Shown piece after piece: positions 35,851 through 48,876 of a DNA stretch of 64,000 nt. The position numbers were made by a program, and so were the translations under genes. The notes under the pieces are model-generated. The model was not told the DNA's origin. It did not search any database and saw only the letters and a list, made by a program, of their open reading frames with translations. Within the stretch, counting starts at the first letter, position 1. Each line of letters starts with the position of its first letter. Origin of the DNA: Haliotis rufescens (taxonomy: Eukaryota); assembly GCF_023055435.1 (NCBI RefSeq), contig NW_025964001.1:39990001-40054000 (forward strand), read 5' to 3'.

Positions 35851-38800
35851 ACACCAAGCCTAACTATAATTCCCAACCATTAGCTGGGACTGGAATCCGT
35901 CTTATTTGATACCTTGTACCTAATACGGCGCTGCGAGATTCCAAACACCAACAGTTCATCTTGTGGCGTACGTACTTCTTGACTTCAGCGCCAGAATAAA
36001 CCAATGCCAATCTGACAGTACCATAATTCTTTCAATAATGTTTCTCGATGCTGGCTCTTTCCAAACTACATCGATAGGGCAGCGCTTGTCAGGCCAAATG
36101 TTATACAATTTCATAAATGCATAATCTTTAAAGTCTGTGAAATATTTATACAGGTACTATTCCTAGAAATCATTCGAAAATATATTGCTTTTGACACAAA
36201 CAACAGTGAAGGGACAGATACTCAATAGACGCATATTAAAACAAATGGTTGAAAGGAATATACATTATTCATCAACTTGAAATTGTTGATATCCTCTGCG
36301 GTGGTGTATATTGTCTTTAGTGAATATAACAAAGGTCTGGTTATAAAAATGTATAAAGCTGAGGATTTGTATTACTGACTCAAATACTAGCCCTCGTTTA
36401 AGTGAACATGGCTGTTTTCAACAATAAAGACTTACAACATACAATGGCTGTGTCGACTATCAATCATGATGCTGAGGGTTGACCTAATTATAGATACAAC
36501 AATAGTAGTAATGACATAGGAGAGAAATCTCTCTCCATTTTCTACCATTCCCGGGGTAATGCTTCTTTCTTGTAGAGTTCTTTGTCTTGGCGCCAAACCT
36601 CGATGACCATATGTGATTCTTGAAAGAAATGTAATTGAAATCTTAAACCCGAACGTAAGACATAAAGAACAACCCAACAAACCCATTATGCCAGGTAAGT
36701 TGAGAAGTTAAAGCTTGTGATGCTGTAAGGGCGGGTTGAAGCCGCATTGTTCCTGAGATTACTGTCTAGAAATGGCAGCCGGAGCCAAAGACTGGCCACA
36801 TGTCGGACATTGGCCGAGGTTTACCGAAGTCTGCCGAAGTCGACAGACAAGGGCCGAACGAATTACAACCATGGATTGAACAGAGGTTAGGAGATGCTCA
36901 GCCCGAGGCATTTGCGGTAGGTTGCGTTTAGCACTATTCAGATCCTGCAACACCATTAGGTGTTGATATAATCCTCAACCACCCTTGTTCAAAGAAAGCT
37001 GTACTGGGGCCAACCCGTGGCTAATTCATGACCATGCTCTCCCTGCACAAAGCCTGCCATCCGCCCTTTCATCCGGGGGACGTAAACTTGTCCTTCGTGA
37101 CGTAAGGAAAGGGACCACCTGGTGACCTCTGACCTTGCTATTATGTCGTGTGTGTGGAGCCGAGGCAGACTGTGATTAGCGTCTGAGGGGGACAGAATCA
37201 CCGTCAAAACAGCAGACCCACGCTCGGCCCGAGTTGACCTTGTCCCCTGCAAGCCGGGGGGCCGGGGTGAGGTTGGGTCAGCCAGACATCTCCCCGGGGT
37301 AGGGGGCGTGGGCCAGGTGGGACTACCTTGTAATGCTTCGATGACGCCATTGTTGCGACACTGCAAATGTTGGCTAAGGGGAACACTTTTCACGGGGAGA
37401 ATATTTGAGAAGGTGTACAGACGTGAATAGATATTGTAAGTCGAGGGCCGGAGGGCTGTTCCTGAGACACTGGCTTTCATCCGGGGTCTGTTGACACATC
37501 CTTAAGGTCATTCGATCGCCTGTGAAAATAGCCGGGCCCACCCGATTCACGATTGAAAGGCGTAATATAGCTTCAGAAGCCATTCATTTAGTACTTGGAA
37601 AACATAGTTTATGGGACTCGGTCTAAAGTGCGCCTGGTAGTAGTAGCGGAATGGGGTCACTATGAAGCAGCGGGAGGGTGGGGTTGATTGGGGTCGAGGG
37701 GGTGGGGTGGGGTAGGGACGCTGTTACGACATTGATGGGCAATGGAGGGCTACTCCACCCTCAGCTACAATTATCGGTGTACGGTAGCAATATTAAAACG
37801 CAATTAAAGGAAACTGTATCGGATTTTTGGAGTGTATTTTTGCACTATGGGGTCTGTGATACCGATGTACACTAGCCTGATCCCAGACAACACCTGCATA
37901 TTGTTGAGTAACTCAGCCCTCGGCGCCTCCAACCGAAATTCATCAAACTGCCTTCTGAACGACATAAACAAAGAACTCGGCGTCAATGGTGATTCGTGGT
38001 CATATTGCGTTTAAATCACTACTTCAGAATTTCAATTTCAAAAATGTCTCTAAGGCTCAACAATGAACTCACGTGACCATGCTATAGACGCTGTCACTGG
38101 GAGGTGAAATCGACCAGCAGATGTGAAGATTACCGTATAATTATAATATTACCATGGTGTGTACTCATACTATACGACAAACACCATCCATGGTGTCGGT
38201 TTGAATTAACATGGCACGGAATTCCTCTGCTTCAAGGCTATCTATGTCTTCGAGATATGATAGTTCTAACATGTTACAGCTAGGAAGTTTCAGAAATGAC
38301 GAAAATGATGTTTTGTCTGAATAACAGCATCATTTATGAACACATGAATATTATCTATGAAGTATAAAATGAGTTAGATATAATATTACATGAAAAATAG
38401 ACACAGAACGGGTTATTGCAAGTGATTCTTCTATGACCAACTCACATATATTTATATTAATTCATATTTTAATTAAATCTTTTATAGGCATTTATAAGTT
38501 GGTAGAACATGAAAACATCACGCTTTTCCATGGGTGATAACTTCTTTTTTTTCCACTGGCAATGTAACACCGTTACAAAGAATAAATAAGTTGTTATCTG
38601 TAGACAATTGTCATGTATTAATATTCTTTATACAATTTAACTCCGGTATCAGTTAAAAAACAAACTTTCTTTAGGCAACATGAATCGAGCTGTGAATGAA
38701 AAAAATGAATAATGATAACGCTATTTCAGTTGTAGAAACGGTCTATGTGCCGGGAAGAACAATGTTTACATATATATCTTCTATATCACCACAGTGTTCT

Positions 38801-39274
38801 AGTGAACAACGCGATGGTTTGAAGAACACCCGGTGGCAGACATACCTGAAGTCATGATATATGTTTTATGTGAAGGTATTTACGTTTACACTTAAATTAT
38901 ACAAAGATTGCTGTATGCGACGTAAAATAACATCCACTTCCTCGCTCATACAGATTGGATACCAAATGCAATTGTAAACGTAATTCAAACGCATGCGTCT
39001 TTACGCTGTTGCTACACTTATTACGGTCATATCACTGGGAGTGAGTGAATATTTTTTTTCAATGCAGTCAGTATTTTATCTATACCACGGTGATAAGGGT
39101 GGCCAGTAAATAACCGTGTCTGTCACACCAAACCAGTGGTTGATAGAATGAGCGCGCTGTCTGAGTACGATGACACACAATCAGCCAGGCATACATTGTA
39201 AACACCTTATTGGTTACCTCAACCGTGGAGAGTCTGTGTTTACCCCTCCCCCTAACAACCTATGCTGGGGGTGA

Positions 39275-39430
39275 CTTCAGGCTCGGTGACTTGGTTGATG
39301 ACCTGTCAATGTAACCCGATGGTGTGTTGCTCATCATATCAATCACTGGATTGTCTGATCCGGAATCGATTATTTACAGACCCCCGTCATATGGCTGGAA
39401 TATTGCTTAGTGCGGTTAAACAGCAAACAC
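39275..39430 (+). mobile_element. SINE-like family B, 5'-truncated
   Basis: caggctcggtgacttggttga...ggctggaatattgcttagtgcgg. Confidence 0.75.
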
Positions 39431-40854
39431 ACATAAGTCGGTTCTTCGATAAGAATGGTATATTGGAATCTGTGTTGAGTGCATGACGATTTAGCTTCAG
39501 GGACCACACTTGAGCAGAAAATCTCTATGTCTTCTGTGTGGAACGAAATTAAGGTCTTTTTGCAAGTTTCAATAATTTTTTTTTATCTTAACAGCATGAT
39601 CGCAAAGGTGAAAAGAATTAAGGTTCCTTATCCACATGGATCTACTTTTGCTGTGTAATTACTTAAAACTGTTTCTAAAAATCTTATGTTATTTCACATT
39701 TGTAAAATCGTGTCTAAGTGGATCCGAAAACAAATTAATAACCCTGACCTATCATATTGCGGGAACGAGGCTTTCTATGGGATGTTTGTTTATTCATGTG
39801 TCATATGCTATAAAGACGTCAAGGTAAATAAGATTTGACCTATGAGATACGTGCTTAAAGCTCTTGATTGTTTCCATCGTATTTAAGTATTTTAATTGCT
39901 TCTTAGCCGTATCTCATAGTGCCAATTCCCATGTGATAATGGGCAATACACATCTCTACTTATCTGCACCACGAGACACAAAATCATTTTGACTGCATCA
40001 GAGAAGCGGTTACAAATACACTTATTTGAATTTTAAAATGTTTCATTACTTCACAGTCTAGGTTTCCCATGTTAACATTTAAACCAGTAAATGTTTAATG
40101 AGCAGCAAGAAACCGTTTGTCATCAACACAACAATTCAACATTTTAATGATTCCTACTTTTTCAGATGAATAAATTATATATGTGTTGTGGCCTTTTTAG
40201 TATTTTACGATACTCGAAAGTGCTGACAATAAACATTTGTAGGACCTTTCCTAATGGAGCTTTACTCCCGGAATACAATATATGGGTATATAAATATTAA
40301 TATCACCTCCTTGAGTCGTCATGTATAACATGACGCTCTGTTCCGAGTTGAAATTACACTTTTACCTACAGTAGTGGTTAGCTGAAGAGACCCGGAAACT
40401 CGTCTTTATAATATAAAATTGACACGAAAGTAAACCCATTCTTCTTCTTTCTTCTGCATAATATTCTTTTTGCTTCTTTTCATTTCATTTCGTGTAAACA
40501 ACTTTCGTTGCCGAAAACAAAGACGTACTTAAACGTAAAAGAAAATTTCCTAAAGAACCGCAGATCTATTTGAAGTTAGGCAATAAAAAGAGTGGAATTT
40601 TGTGAAAGGTTAGACCTCGACAATTTTCGTAAATAGGTGATAAATCTATGGACAGAAGGTGTCCAGTGTCCGCCCTTTACAACTGGAGCTCTCCTTTCCG
40701 GCATTCTTGTTTATATACCTCGTCTGGACCACATCTGGTCAAAACAAATATCCGAGGTCTAGAATGTAGAAATTGCCGATTTGACCTTCATGTATTCAAT
40801 GTCCCATAACACACTGTACCCACGACCTGACCTTGCTCGCCACTACAAAAACGT

Positions 40855-40980
40855 TTCCCATTGGACGAATTACGATAGGCCACGCCCATATCTACTTAGA
40901 TGACCGTTGGCAGCCAATAAAAGCTCGTGCATCTTCCGTGCTCCAATGAACTGGCGTGGTAAGCGAAGTGTATTGGTCTC
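40855..40980. promoter_or_regulatory. CCAAT and GC-box cluster, promoter-like or enhancer-like
   Basis: attgg, ccacgccc, agccaat, tccaat, attgg within about 125 bp; no linked transcript visible. Confidence 0.35.
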
Positions 40981-42959
40981 GATGGCATTGCCTCAAAGAC
41001 ATCGTTTACCGTTTATTAGGTAGAGTTTTCACATAAAATGTCGAAGAAGATAATTGCTTTTCTGATTTACCATGCGTTCATTGTAACAGCTTGTGTTTTG
41101 TTAGAGTTGATTAATTAAAAACAACAGTTAAGAGTAATACCGACTTTTAATGACGGAAATAAACATATTCATTAAAGTAGCAGAAAGACTTAAACATAGA
41201 TCAAAAGTACATCGGTGCGTCCTCCAGCTTGAAAGTATCCGGTTGGATGCACAGCCTACGGAACAAATAGGTCCCAATGATTACTTCTAAATGTATTTCT
41301 TTATAAATAGCTGTGCTATGTGTTCCGACATGTGTTATGTTAATATAAACACATCAGTAAACAAGTGCAGTTCAAAATTAAAACAAAACGTTTAATCGAT
41401 CACTAACAGATATTCACCGGAAATGAACTAAAGTAACCCCATAAAAAATATTTTCAGCTTTAATACTACAATCGTTGCGATAGTGTTTGTTTGTTTGGAT
41501 TTTGGACGAGGCAATTCAGTTATTGACATCATGAACATTGATCTACACAATTGGGATACGAAGACATGCATCAACCCGATCCCGTTAGTCGCCTTCTTAA
41601 ATAATGTTCAATTTCATAAAATAAATTACGTGAAAAAATATTGCTGGGTCATTTTTCTCACGCCTCCACCTATAATTGTGATAAATTTTGGCGACCCCTC
41701 CCCCCTTTTTTTTCATTCAACCCCTAATCTCACCCAAACCCTCCACCCATATATAACACCCCCAAACCCCATACTGATCGGGGCAACATAAGCCGAATCC
41801 ACCCAACAACAAGGCTTCTGTTTTCAAATTGAAGGGTGCCTTTCTTGTGATGTTATTTTGAATTTTTCCCTTCGCAAGTTTGTATAACCCCTTTGGGGGC
41901 TGAGCTCAGCCTGCACGTGCGTGTGGCTATTCCCAGGTCAGCAGCTGGTCAGTATGTACATATAGACACGTTCCCACACTGTGTCCAGCAGATGTGCAGT
42001 ATACAGAAACTAGCACCTGTTGGCGAGGATGTGTTCGAGCAGATATAAAGCTGTATAATCTTGGTGGACACACACTGACACGGATCATTACTGGCGTCCT
42101 ATTGTCTATCTCAACATTTCCCATAGGAATCGCTGCATCATTCTGCAAGCTGCTTGAGATCCAACACTACCCCCGAATTATCGTCCCCCCGAGTCGGTTG
42201 TCCAGTGACCCCACCCCCGTTAAAGGCCATCGAAGAGCGTCCTGCATTGTCCATCGCTGTCCACGTATTGTCCGTGGTAGCAATTTGGTCACTTAATGCA
42301 AACAGGTTTAGTGGTGGAGGTGACGCTCGTTCGGGTTTCACTAATCCCGCTAAGTTATGGCCGAGGTGCTCCTGTACATATATAACGTTATTCCCTGTCC
42401 TTTGATAGTGACAGGAAGGCTTTTATCTCGCCAGTTTATGGCTGGCCACTAGCTATCAAATCCATCATATGTCCAGTGTTTCCGCCGCTGGACCTTAGCC
42501 GTTGACCTGTGTTGTATTAACATACAGCTGTGCCGCTCTGGACACGGGTCATTAAATTACTTACTCCGATTGTGGTGTTAGCGGATGTTGCCGGACGTGT
42601 GGACCAAGGAGGGGGTGTTGTCTCGGGGGTGGGGCGGCTGGACAGCTGACCCTACCGCGTGGGAGAGCAGCGAGTCTTTTCTGTCCATGTGTACGTATCA
42701 TTATGTCCTTAATGTCCCGAGACTGGACGATAATGATCACATTAATCACGTGTACACGTGTCATGTATACTATGCACTGGACAACGGCCGCTGCTCGCTT
42801 GGTGTAACGGTCACTTTTTGAATTCGAGGGGGAAGTGACGCCAAGAAGAAGCGGGAATAGAAGACATGTCTGGACACATTTAGTTTCTTATTTATGCTTT
42901 TAGTCCCTTGATGAACCAACATTTAGTCCCAGAAATAAAGTCATCGTGTATAGAAATAT

Positions 42960-43360
42960 ATATCTACAAACTTAAAATCAAAATGAGTCAAAACCAATGC
43001 TAAATTTCTAATGCTGAGGCAATCGAGACTTGCCAAATCATTCTAGAGTTGAGTTGGATTCAATTTTAATTTAATATATTAAATTCTCTTTATCGACAAA
43101 ATAAAAAGTAAAATCTAAATGGAGCCAAGACTGGTGCTCAATTTATAGAGCTGAGGCAATCGAGACTTGCAAAATCGTTCGAGGCTTGAGTTGAATTCAA
43201 TTTTAATGTAATATTTTTAATTCTCTTTATCTACAAAGTACAAAGTCAAATACAAAATTGAGCCCAGAGCAATGGTTAATTTCTAATGCTGAGGCAATCG
43301 AGACTTGACAAATCATTCTAGACTTGAGTTGGATTCAATTTTAATTTAATATATTTAATT
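42960..43360. repeat. Three tandem units of about 137 bp; solo unit at about 29612-29740
   Basis: gctgaggcaatcgagacttg at 43013, 43150, 43288; gctgaggcaatc at 29669. Confidence 0.9.
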
Positions 43361-43830
43361 AATTAACTCGTGAAAGCATTCCTGAAATAAGGTACAGGAG
43401 TCTTCTTTTCCCCCTCCCCAATGTGGAATTAATGGTTCTGTAACGATGCCAATTTAGACTTTACATATGTCCTTACAGGTTTTGCAAATATGGTTTGATT
43501 TCCAATGTCTGTTTACAGAAATGTTTAATACATGTTGCATCTATGACGACAATAATTAATTTTGAGGTATTATTAACTTTTGACGCAGAAGTTGAATTGG
43601 TCTCATGGAACGGTGCCATCTATTAACAAGTTAATATATTTACATTATAATTTAAATTAATATTTAAAAAAGTTAAATATATTGTTCAGGAACATAAATG
43701 AATATTTACATTGCTTTGATCGCAATGGTCAGTTCGTGTTGTGGAGCACATTATAGAGTGGAGCTGATATTAATTTTCTTCATGGGGTTGGGGGATAGAG
43801 TTGTTCCGCTATATAAACGTTGTACTTTCA

Positions 43831-44259
43831 CATTCGTCACCACTCGCCCCTTTCCGTAAACTGCAAGGAGACTCGTCCCCCTATCGATGAATGTTATGTG
43901 CGAAACTACGACAAACCAATCGGAATGCGCGTATGCTTTCAAGTTCTTCGTCAAAGAATCCCTCAGAAATAATGTTTGATTATATATATGTCTTGCATCT
44001 AAAATTATACCCAAGACGCAGTTAAATGTCTTCAATCATACTGTATAATTCCGCATGTCCCGATGTGCTTGAAGTTGCATCTGAAATATATATAATACAT
44101 GGGGAAATATATGTGAACCATTACGCAACGAGTTGATAATTGTTTTAGGTATGCCCGTTTGCGCTAAGGCGGAACCCGGTCACAAAAATGGCCACGAGAG
44201 GGGCACGAGTCGCTATTCGGCTTGTCCCGGAAAAAAAACACGAGTTGGTCACGAATGGT
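43831..44259. mobile_element. MITE of about 430 bp; diverged inverted copy at 52778-53208
   Basis: TIR cattcgtcaccactcg / cgagttggtcacgaatg; bodies of the two copies align. Confidence 0.8.
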
Positions 44260-44503
44260 ATTTTCAATGTGAATGAGCGGACTTTAATACGAAACAAACA
44301 ATTAATTTTATATCACCCCGAACCCCAGAGGATGTGTCTCTGAGGTATCGTACAATTGTGGACACAAATACATTGGAGAGACTTCCGCCCCATAGCCACC
44401 GGAATATAGGAACACAGGGCCTCTGTTGAAAACACTGACATGAAATCTACCCTTTCGGAACATCTCATAAAAAGTTCTTACCACCACATTTTCTGGCTAC
44501 AAA

Positions 44504-44623
44504 CCGGGGCGGTCGGGTAGCCTAGTGGTTAAAGCGTTCGCTCGTCACGCCGAAGACCCGGGTTCGCCGTGATATTGCTGGAATATTGCTAACAGCGGCG
44601 TAAAACCATATTCAGTCAGTCAG
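44504..44623 (+). mobile_element. SINE family A with internal deletion
   Basis: gggttcg joined directly to ccgtgatatt; TSD tctggctacaaa at 44492-44503 and 44624-44635. Confidence 0.9.
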
Positions 44624-45020
44624 TCTGGCTACAAAGCAAGATTCTCCATATCAACATCAACCAAAGAGGACTTCATCGAAATCCAAAGAAAAAAGCCAGC
44701 TATTAACAGAGACTAAAATCTGTATCACTGCTTGCGGTGTATATTCTTAATATTTAAGTAAGAAAAATGATTACAATTTAAAATAAAACAATTATAGTTA
44801 TTTCCACTTGTTAATATGATTTGTATATTTACACAAAAATATGTTGTTAATTTCTTGTCACGGCATGTTGTCATTAGCTATGTGATACCGACGTTGACTA
44901 TGATGTCACACAGTTCCATGGTTCATTGCAATGTTCTTCAATAAGCAATACTTCGTTCCTCTTTTCTCGATGAGGTCAAGAGAAGACATTTGAGTTTATA
45001 ACTTCATGTATAACTTCAAT

Positions 45021-45292
45021 GGGATCGGGTGGTCAGGCTCCAGCCCTTCACATTTATCACACAAGGTCACTCGCACTCTCACCCTGTGAAGAATCGGGTT
45101 AGATTTGTTGTTTTTTGCAACCCATGCTTATCGTAAGTAGCGACTAACGGTATCAGTTGGTCAAGGTCGTTGACTTGGTCTGTTGGTTGATGCATCTCAT
45201 CGTATCCCAATTGTGTGGGTTGATGCTTATGATGTCAGTCACTGGATTGTCTGATCCATCTGGAATATTGCAGCGTTAAACAAACAAACAAA
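45021..45292 (+). mobile_element. Chimeric family B locus: internal fragment, captured flank of the 31.6-kb copy, then element
   Basis: 45021-45040 is B-internal sequence; 45045-45079 is the reverse complement of about 31612-31648. Confidence 0.88.
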
Positions 45293-47660
45293 TCGATGAA
45301 ATTGTCCTTCTATTTAAAATTAAACGTGGCAATCATCAAATTTAGTTACAGTATGTTCAGGGAACCTTGAATGAAGATGACCCAGGGTATGTAAAACGTA
45401 ATTTGGTGGCGTCAAAGGTAATGCGGGCTACAAAGCCTCCAGCGATTGATTAAGACACTGATCGCTGGCGTGGTATTGACAGGAACCAGGGACGTACATG
45501 CACAAGAAGACTCCGCTGAAAGGGGATCTAGTCCATTACAATAATGTAATATCTGGAGCTCTGTATTCGCCAAGGACAAATATTACAAATTGCCAAATGT
45601 GTCTCCATTCCCCCAAAGAGACATGCTTACAGTACATGACATATTATTACTTATTTTTAACTCCCTGGAGTGTATACGAGAAAAGCATGCAAGAAGGTTA
45701 TCAATAACATCAAATTTTATCCATCCGGGTACCCATCCACACCTGGATATTCAGAGTCGTATATAGACATCACGTGTTTTTGACATCCTGTGATTCAATG
45801 TTTAGGAGGAAGAGAGCTATAGAAGCTATAAGCAGTGGAAACCGATGACGATTTGTTAAGATCGATACAGAATTCAATCAAGGATTAATGTATGCGAAAT
45901 TAATATAGTCCTCTTATGACCATACAAGGTATGCAAGACATTGCGCCATCCTGGGTGGTGATATACAATATAAAGGCTTAAAGAATCAAGTCCGTATTAG
46001 ACTGTGTCGTTGACAAAAATGTCTCTGAAAATTGATTCCAACAGAATTTACTGCACATGCAGATTTTAGAAGGACACATATGAAAAAAAATATCATGTGA
46101 GATTAAAAAAAAACACACTGTAAATTAGAAGCTGGGCGCTTTTCTTCAGCTTTATGTTTAATTTATCCTGTATAATCTGGCTAGGGATGTAGACATGATA
46201 GATGGAGCGAGGTACAAAGACCTCATTAGTGAGCACTACTACGCACTGTCCTAAGGGCTTGGCCGCCAAGATACCTCTCCAAGATCCACTATCTTCCTAA
46301 AGAAGACACAAAGCTTCCAAAATCGATTTTATCATAAAATTCTAATTTTGCAGGTTTCACTGGATCCCGCAGGTTTGAGATTGAGGAGATTAAGTCATCT
46401 TCTACCTCGCCACAGAACGCATTGGGATTAGGTTACGTGACCTTGCCCTTCAAACCTGATCCCTGACCACGCCCCCAACAATGGCGGTGCTTATACCACA
46501 TGGTCCAACTGCCATGCTGGTAATCCCCGGTCCGCCCTCTCCCATACGACGCCGAATACGACCCCAACGGAAATATGTACGTGGTCATCTTTGATTTTAT
46601 ATCACGAAGGGTTAACTGTCCGGTTTTTACATTGTCCTCGTTCTGAGCTCTCTGGACATTGGTCACGCCCCTTTTGCCATTCGCCCTGCTTTGTCCGTCT
46701 ACAATAATGCATAACATTATGTTTGACTCCCTTTGTCTCGCTGTCGCCAATGAGGCCGCACGTGCATCGCCTGACGCTTTTCCGTTGTAGCACGTGACCA
46801 GGTGGTCACTCAGTAGTATTTCAATCTTTTTGAATTTGGTCAAAAAGTAACAAAAGACGATTTCGTGTTGGTAATATTAGGTTAAAAGATTGGCAGCACG
46901 CGCCAGTCGCCAGTTGGTGACTGTCCACTTAACAATAGCCACTGGACACTTCCTGCACGCGGGGGCGCGTCTTCCGTCAAACAGATTCACAGGGGCCATT
47001 TAATTGCTTTCGGCCTCTGTAATGGACGATGGGTTTAGATCATGTCCACTTGAAATGACCGACTTCTGTCTTTGTTCCAGCCACGCGTCCAAAGCCTATC
47101 TCGCGGTTTTCGCCAGAGGCTTGTCCGAAGCGACAAGATCAATTTGTACATTCTTGGTTTTTGATCCCTGAAATTGCCAACCGTCGCTTGGCCCTCGGGG
47201 CCCCTGGGCCTTTTGTTGACGATGTCCGAGATTTGTTGACCATGTCCAGGCCGTGTTTGTGGGGACTGGTCTGTATTGACCATGTCCACACAGACAGACG
47301 GGCAAGGTGTCACAGTGCTGTGGCTGGTCTCACCTAATGTACTTTGTAACTAAAGTCCAACTGATACAGAACGCCGGTGTTTAGACTTAACTATGCTGCC
47401 GGGGCAAAAGAAAGCATACGCTTGAGAATGGATTTGACCAAATAATTACAAACGTTGTCAAAAAGTTACTTGGTTGAAATCAGTCGCCTAAACACTGCAG
47501 ACTTAGGGTAAAAAAGTTTACATCACCATCGAATGACCATTTCTTGTTTGTTTCAATTTTAGCCACCATGAAACATGGTGTATACTTTCCTTTACTTATC
47601 ACCATCTTCATCATCTAATTTAATGCAGAACGATATTGTTTTTCCGTATTATAACCATAA

Positions 47661-48233
47661 TTATCATTTAACTTAAGCATTTATCCATGACATAAGCTTA
47701 TGACATAAAAACATGTATGTCATACCCCAATGACATAAGTATGCAAATTAGATATGCAAATTAGATAACCGGAAGAGCGAGCGGTTTGATTTGAAACTAT
47801 ATATTATAAGTGAAGTTACACCAGAGATATAATCAGATTACACAGAATCGTTGTTGTTACCGTTATTACAGTTTCAATTATTCTGCAAAAGTCTGTTCAA
47901 GTATTTTGTTTAAAATAATCCGAGGAACTTTTTTTCTCAGCGAATTGTTTATTTTGGTTTACATGGCTATGGAAAACATGTATCACTACGCACGATCTAT
48001 ACGTAAGATTTCGACAAGTTGCTGATGTTAATGTTTAATGCAATTATTCCTTAATTTGGAAGCAAAAATGTGAAAATGATAAATAGAATTCATCACTCGT
48101 GTTTTTTAATATGGGAAATATCAACCTTGTCCCGTTAATCGGTATTTGCCTCGCCAAAGGCTCGGCAAATACCGATTAACTAAGACTCGGTTGATATTTC
48201 CCATATTAAAAAACACTCGTGATGAATCCTCTA
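47661..48233 (-). mobile_element. Hairpin-headed non-autonomous DNA element, copy 2
   Basis: Near-identical reverse complement of 20251-20824. Confidence 0.88.
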
Positions 48234-48728
48234 TTAATAGTACACTTGTCGTCTCCAACATATAGACATTCTTAAAACACATGACATCTTATTAATCCGG
48301 TTTGTGTAAATGTCAATTTTCAACTCCCTGGCGTTTAAACAAACCAAACTGCGTGTTGCATGCAAGGTTTCAATCACATTAGAGTTGCATCCTACCGGGT
48401 ACCCATTTACAGCTCGGTGTTCGGAGGCGTGTATAGGCAGCATGTGTTTTGACATCCTGTGATTCCATGTTTGAGAGGAACAGAATTCCACGGTCACACT
48501 TCACCCATTCAACTACTCTCCGCCACCAGGTCACCTGATGTGTGACCAAGCATGATGGAATGGACAATACCAAAATGTAGGTTAACCCAGCGGTTATGGT
48601 GTAGTTGTTAGTTATAAACCTCAAAATTTAACCAAGGCACGAACCGTCGATCTAGAAATTTCATCGCACCGACTGTGGATCGTTGCTCTTCTACCAACTA
48701 CTGGTGTGTATGGCCGACATACAATTAT

Positions 48729-48876
48729 GACCGCCTCCGTGGCGTAGTGGACAGAGCGTCTGCCTGGAGAAAGGAAGGTCGGTGGTTCGATCCCCTGACC
48801 GCGTCATACCAAAAGACGTTAAGAGATTGTACGTTTTACCCTGCCTGGTGCTCGGTATTACGGGGATCAGACTAGG
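48729..48876 (+). mobile_element. SINE family C, 5' half
   Basis: tRNA-like head with ggttcgatcc; gcgtcataccaaaagacgttaa Meta/MESC-like domain. Confidence 0.8.
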
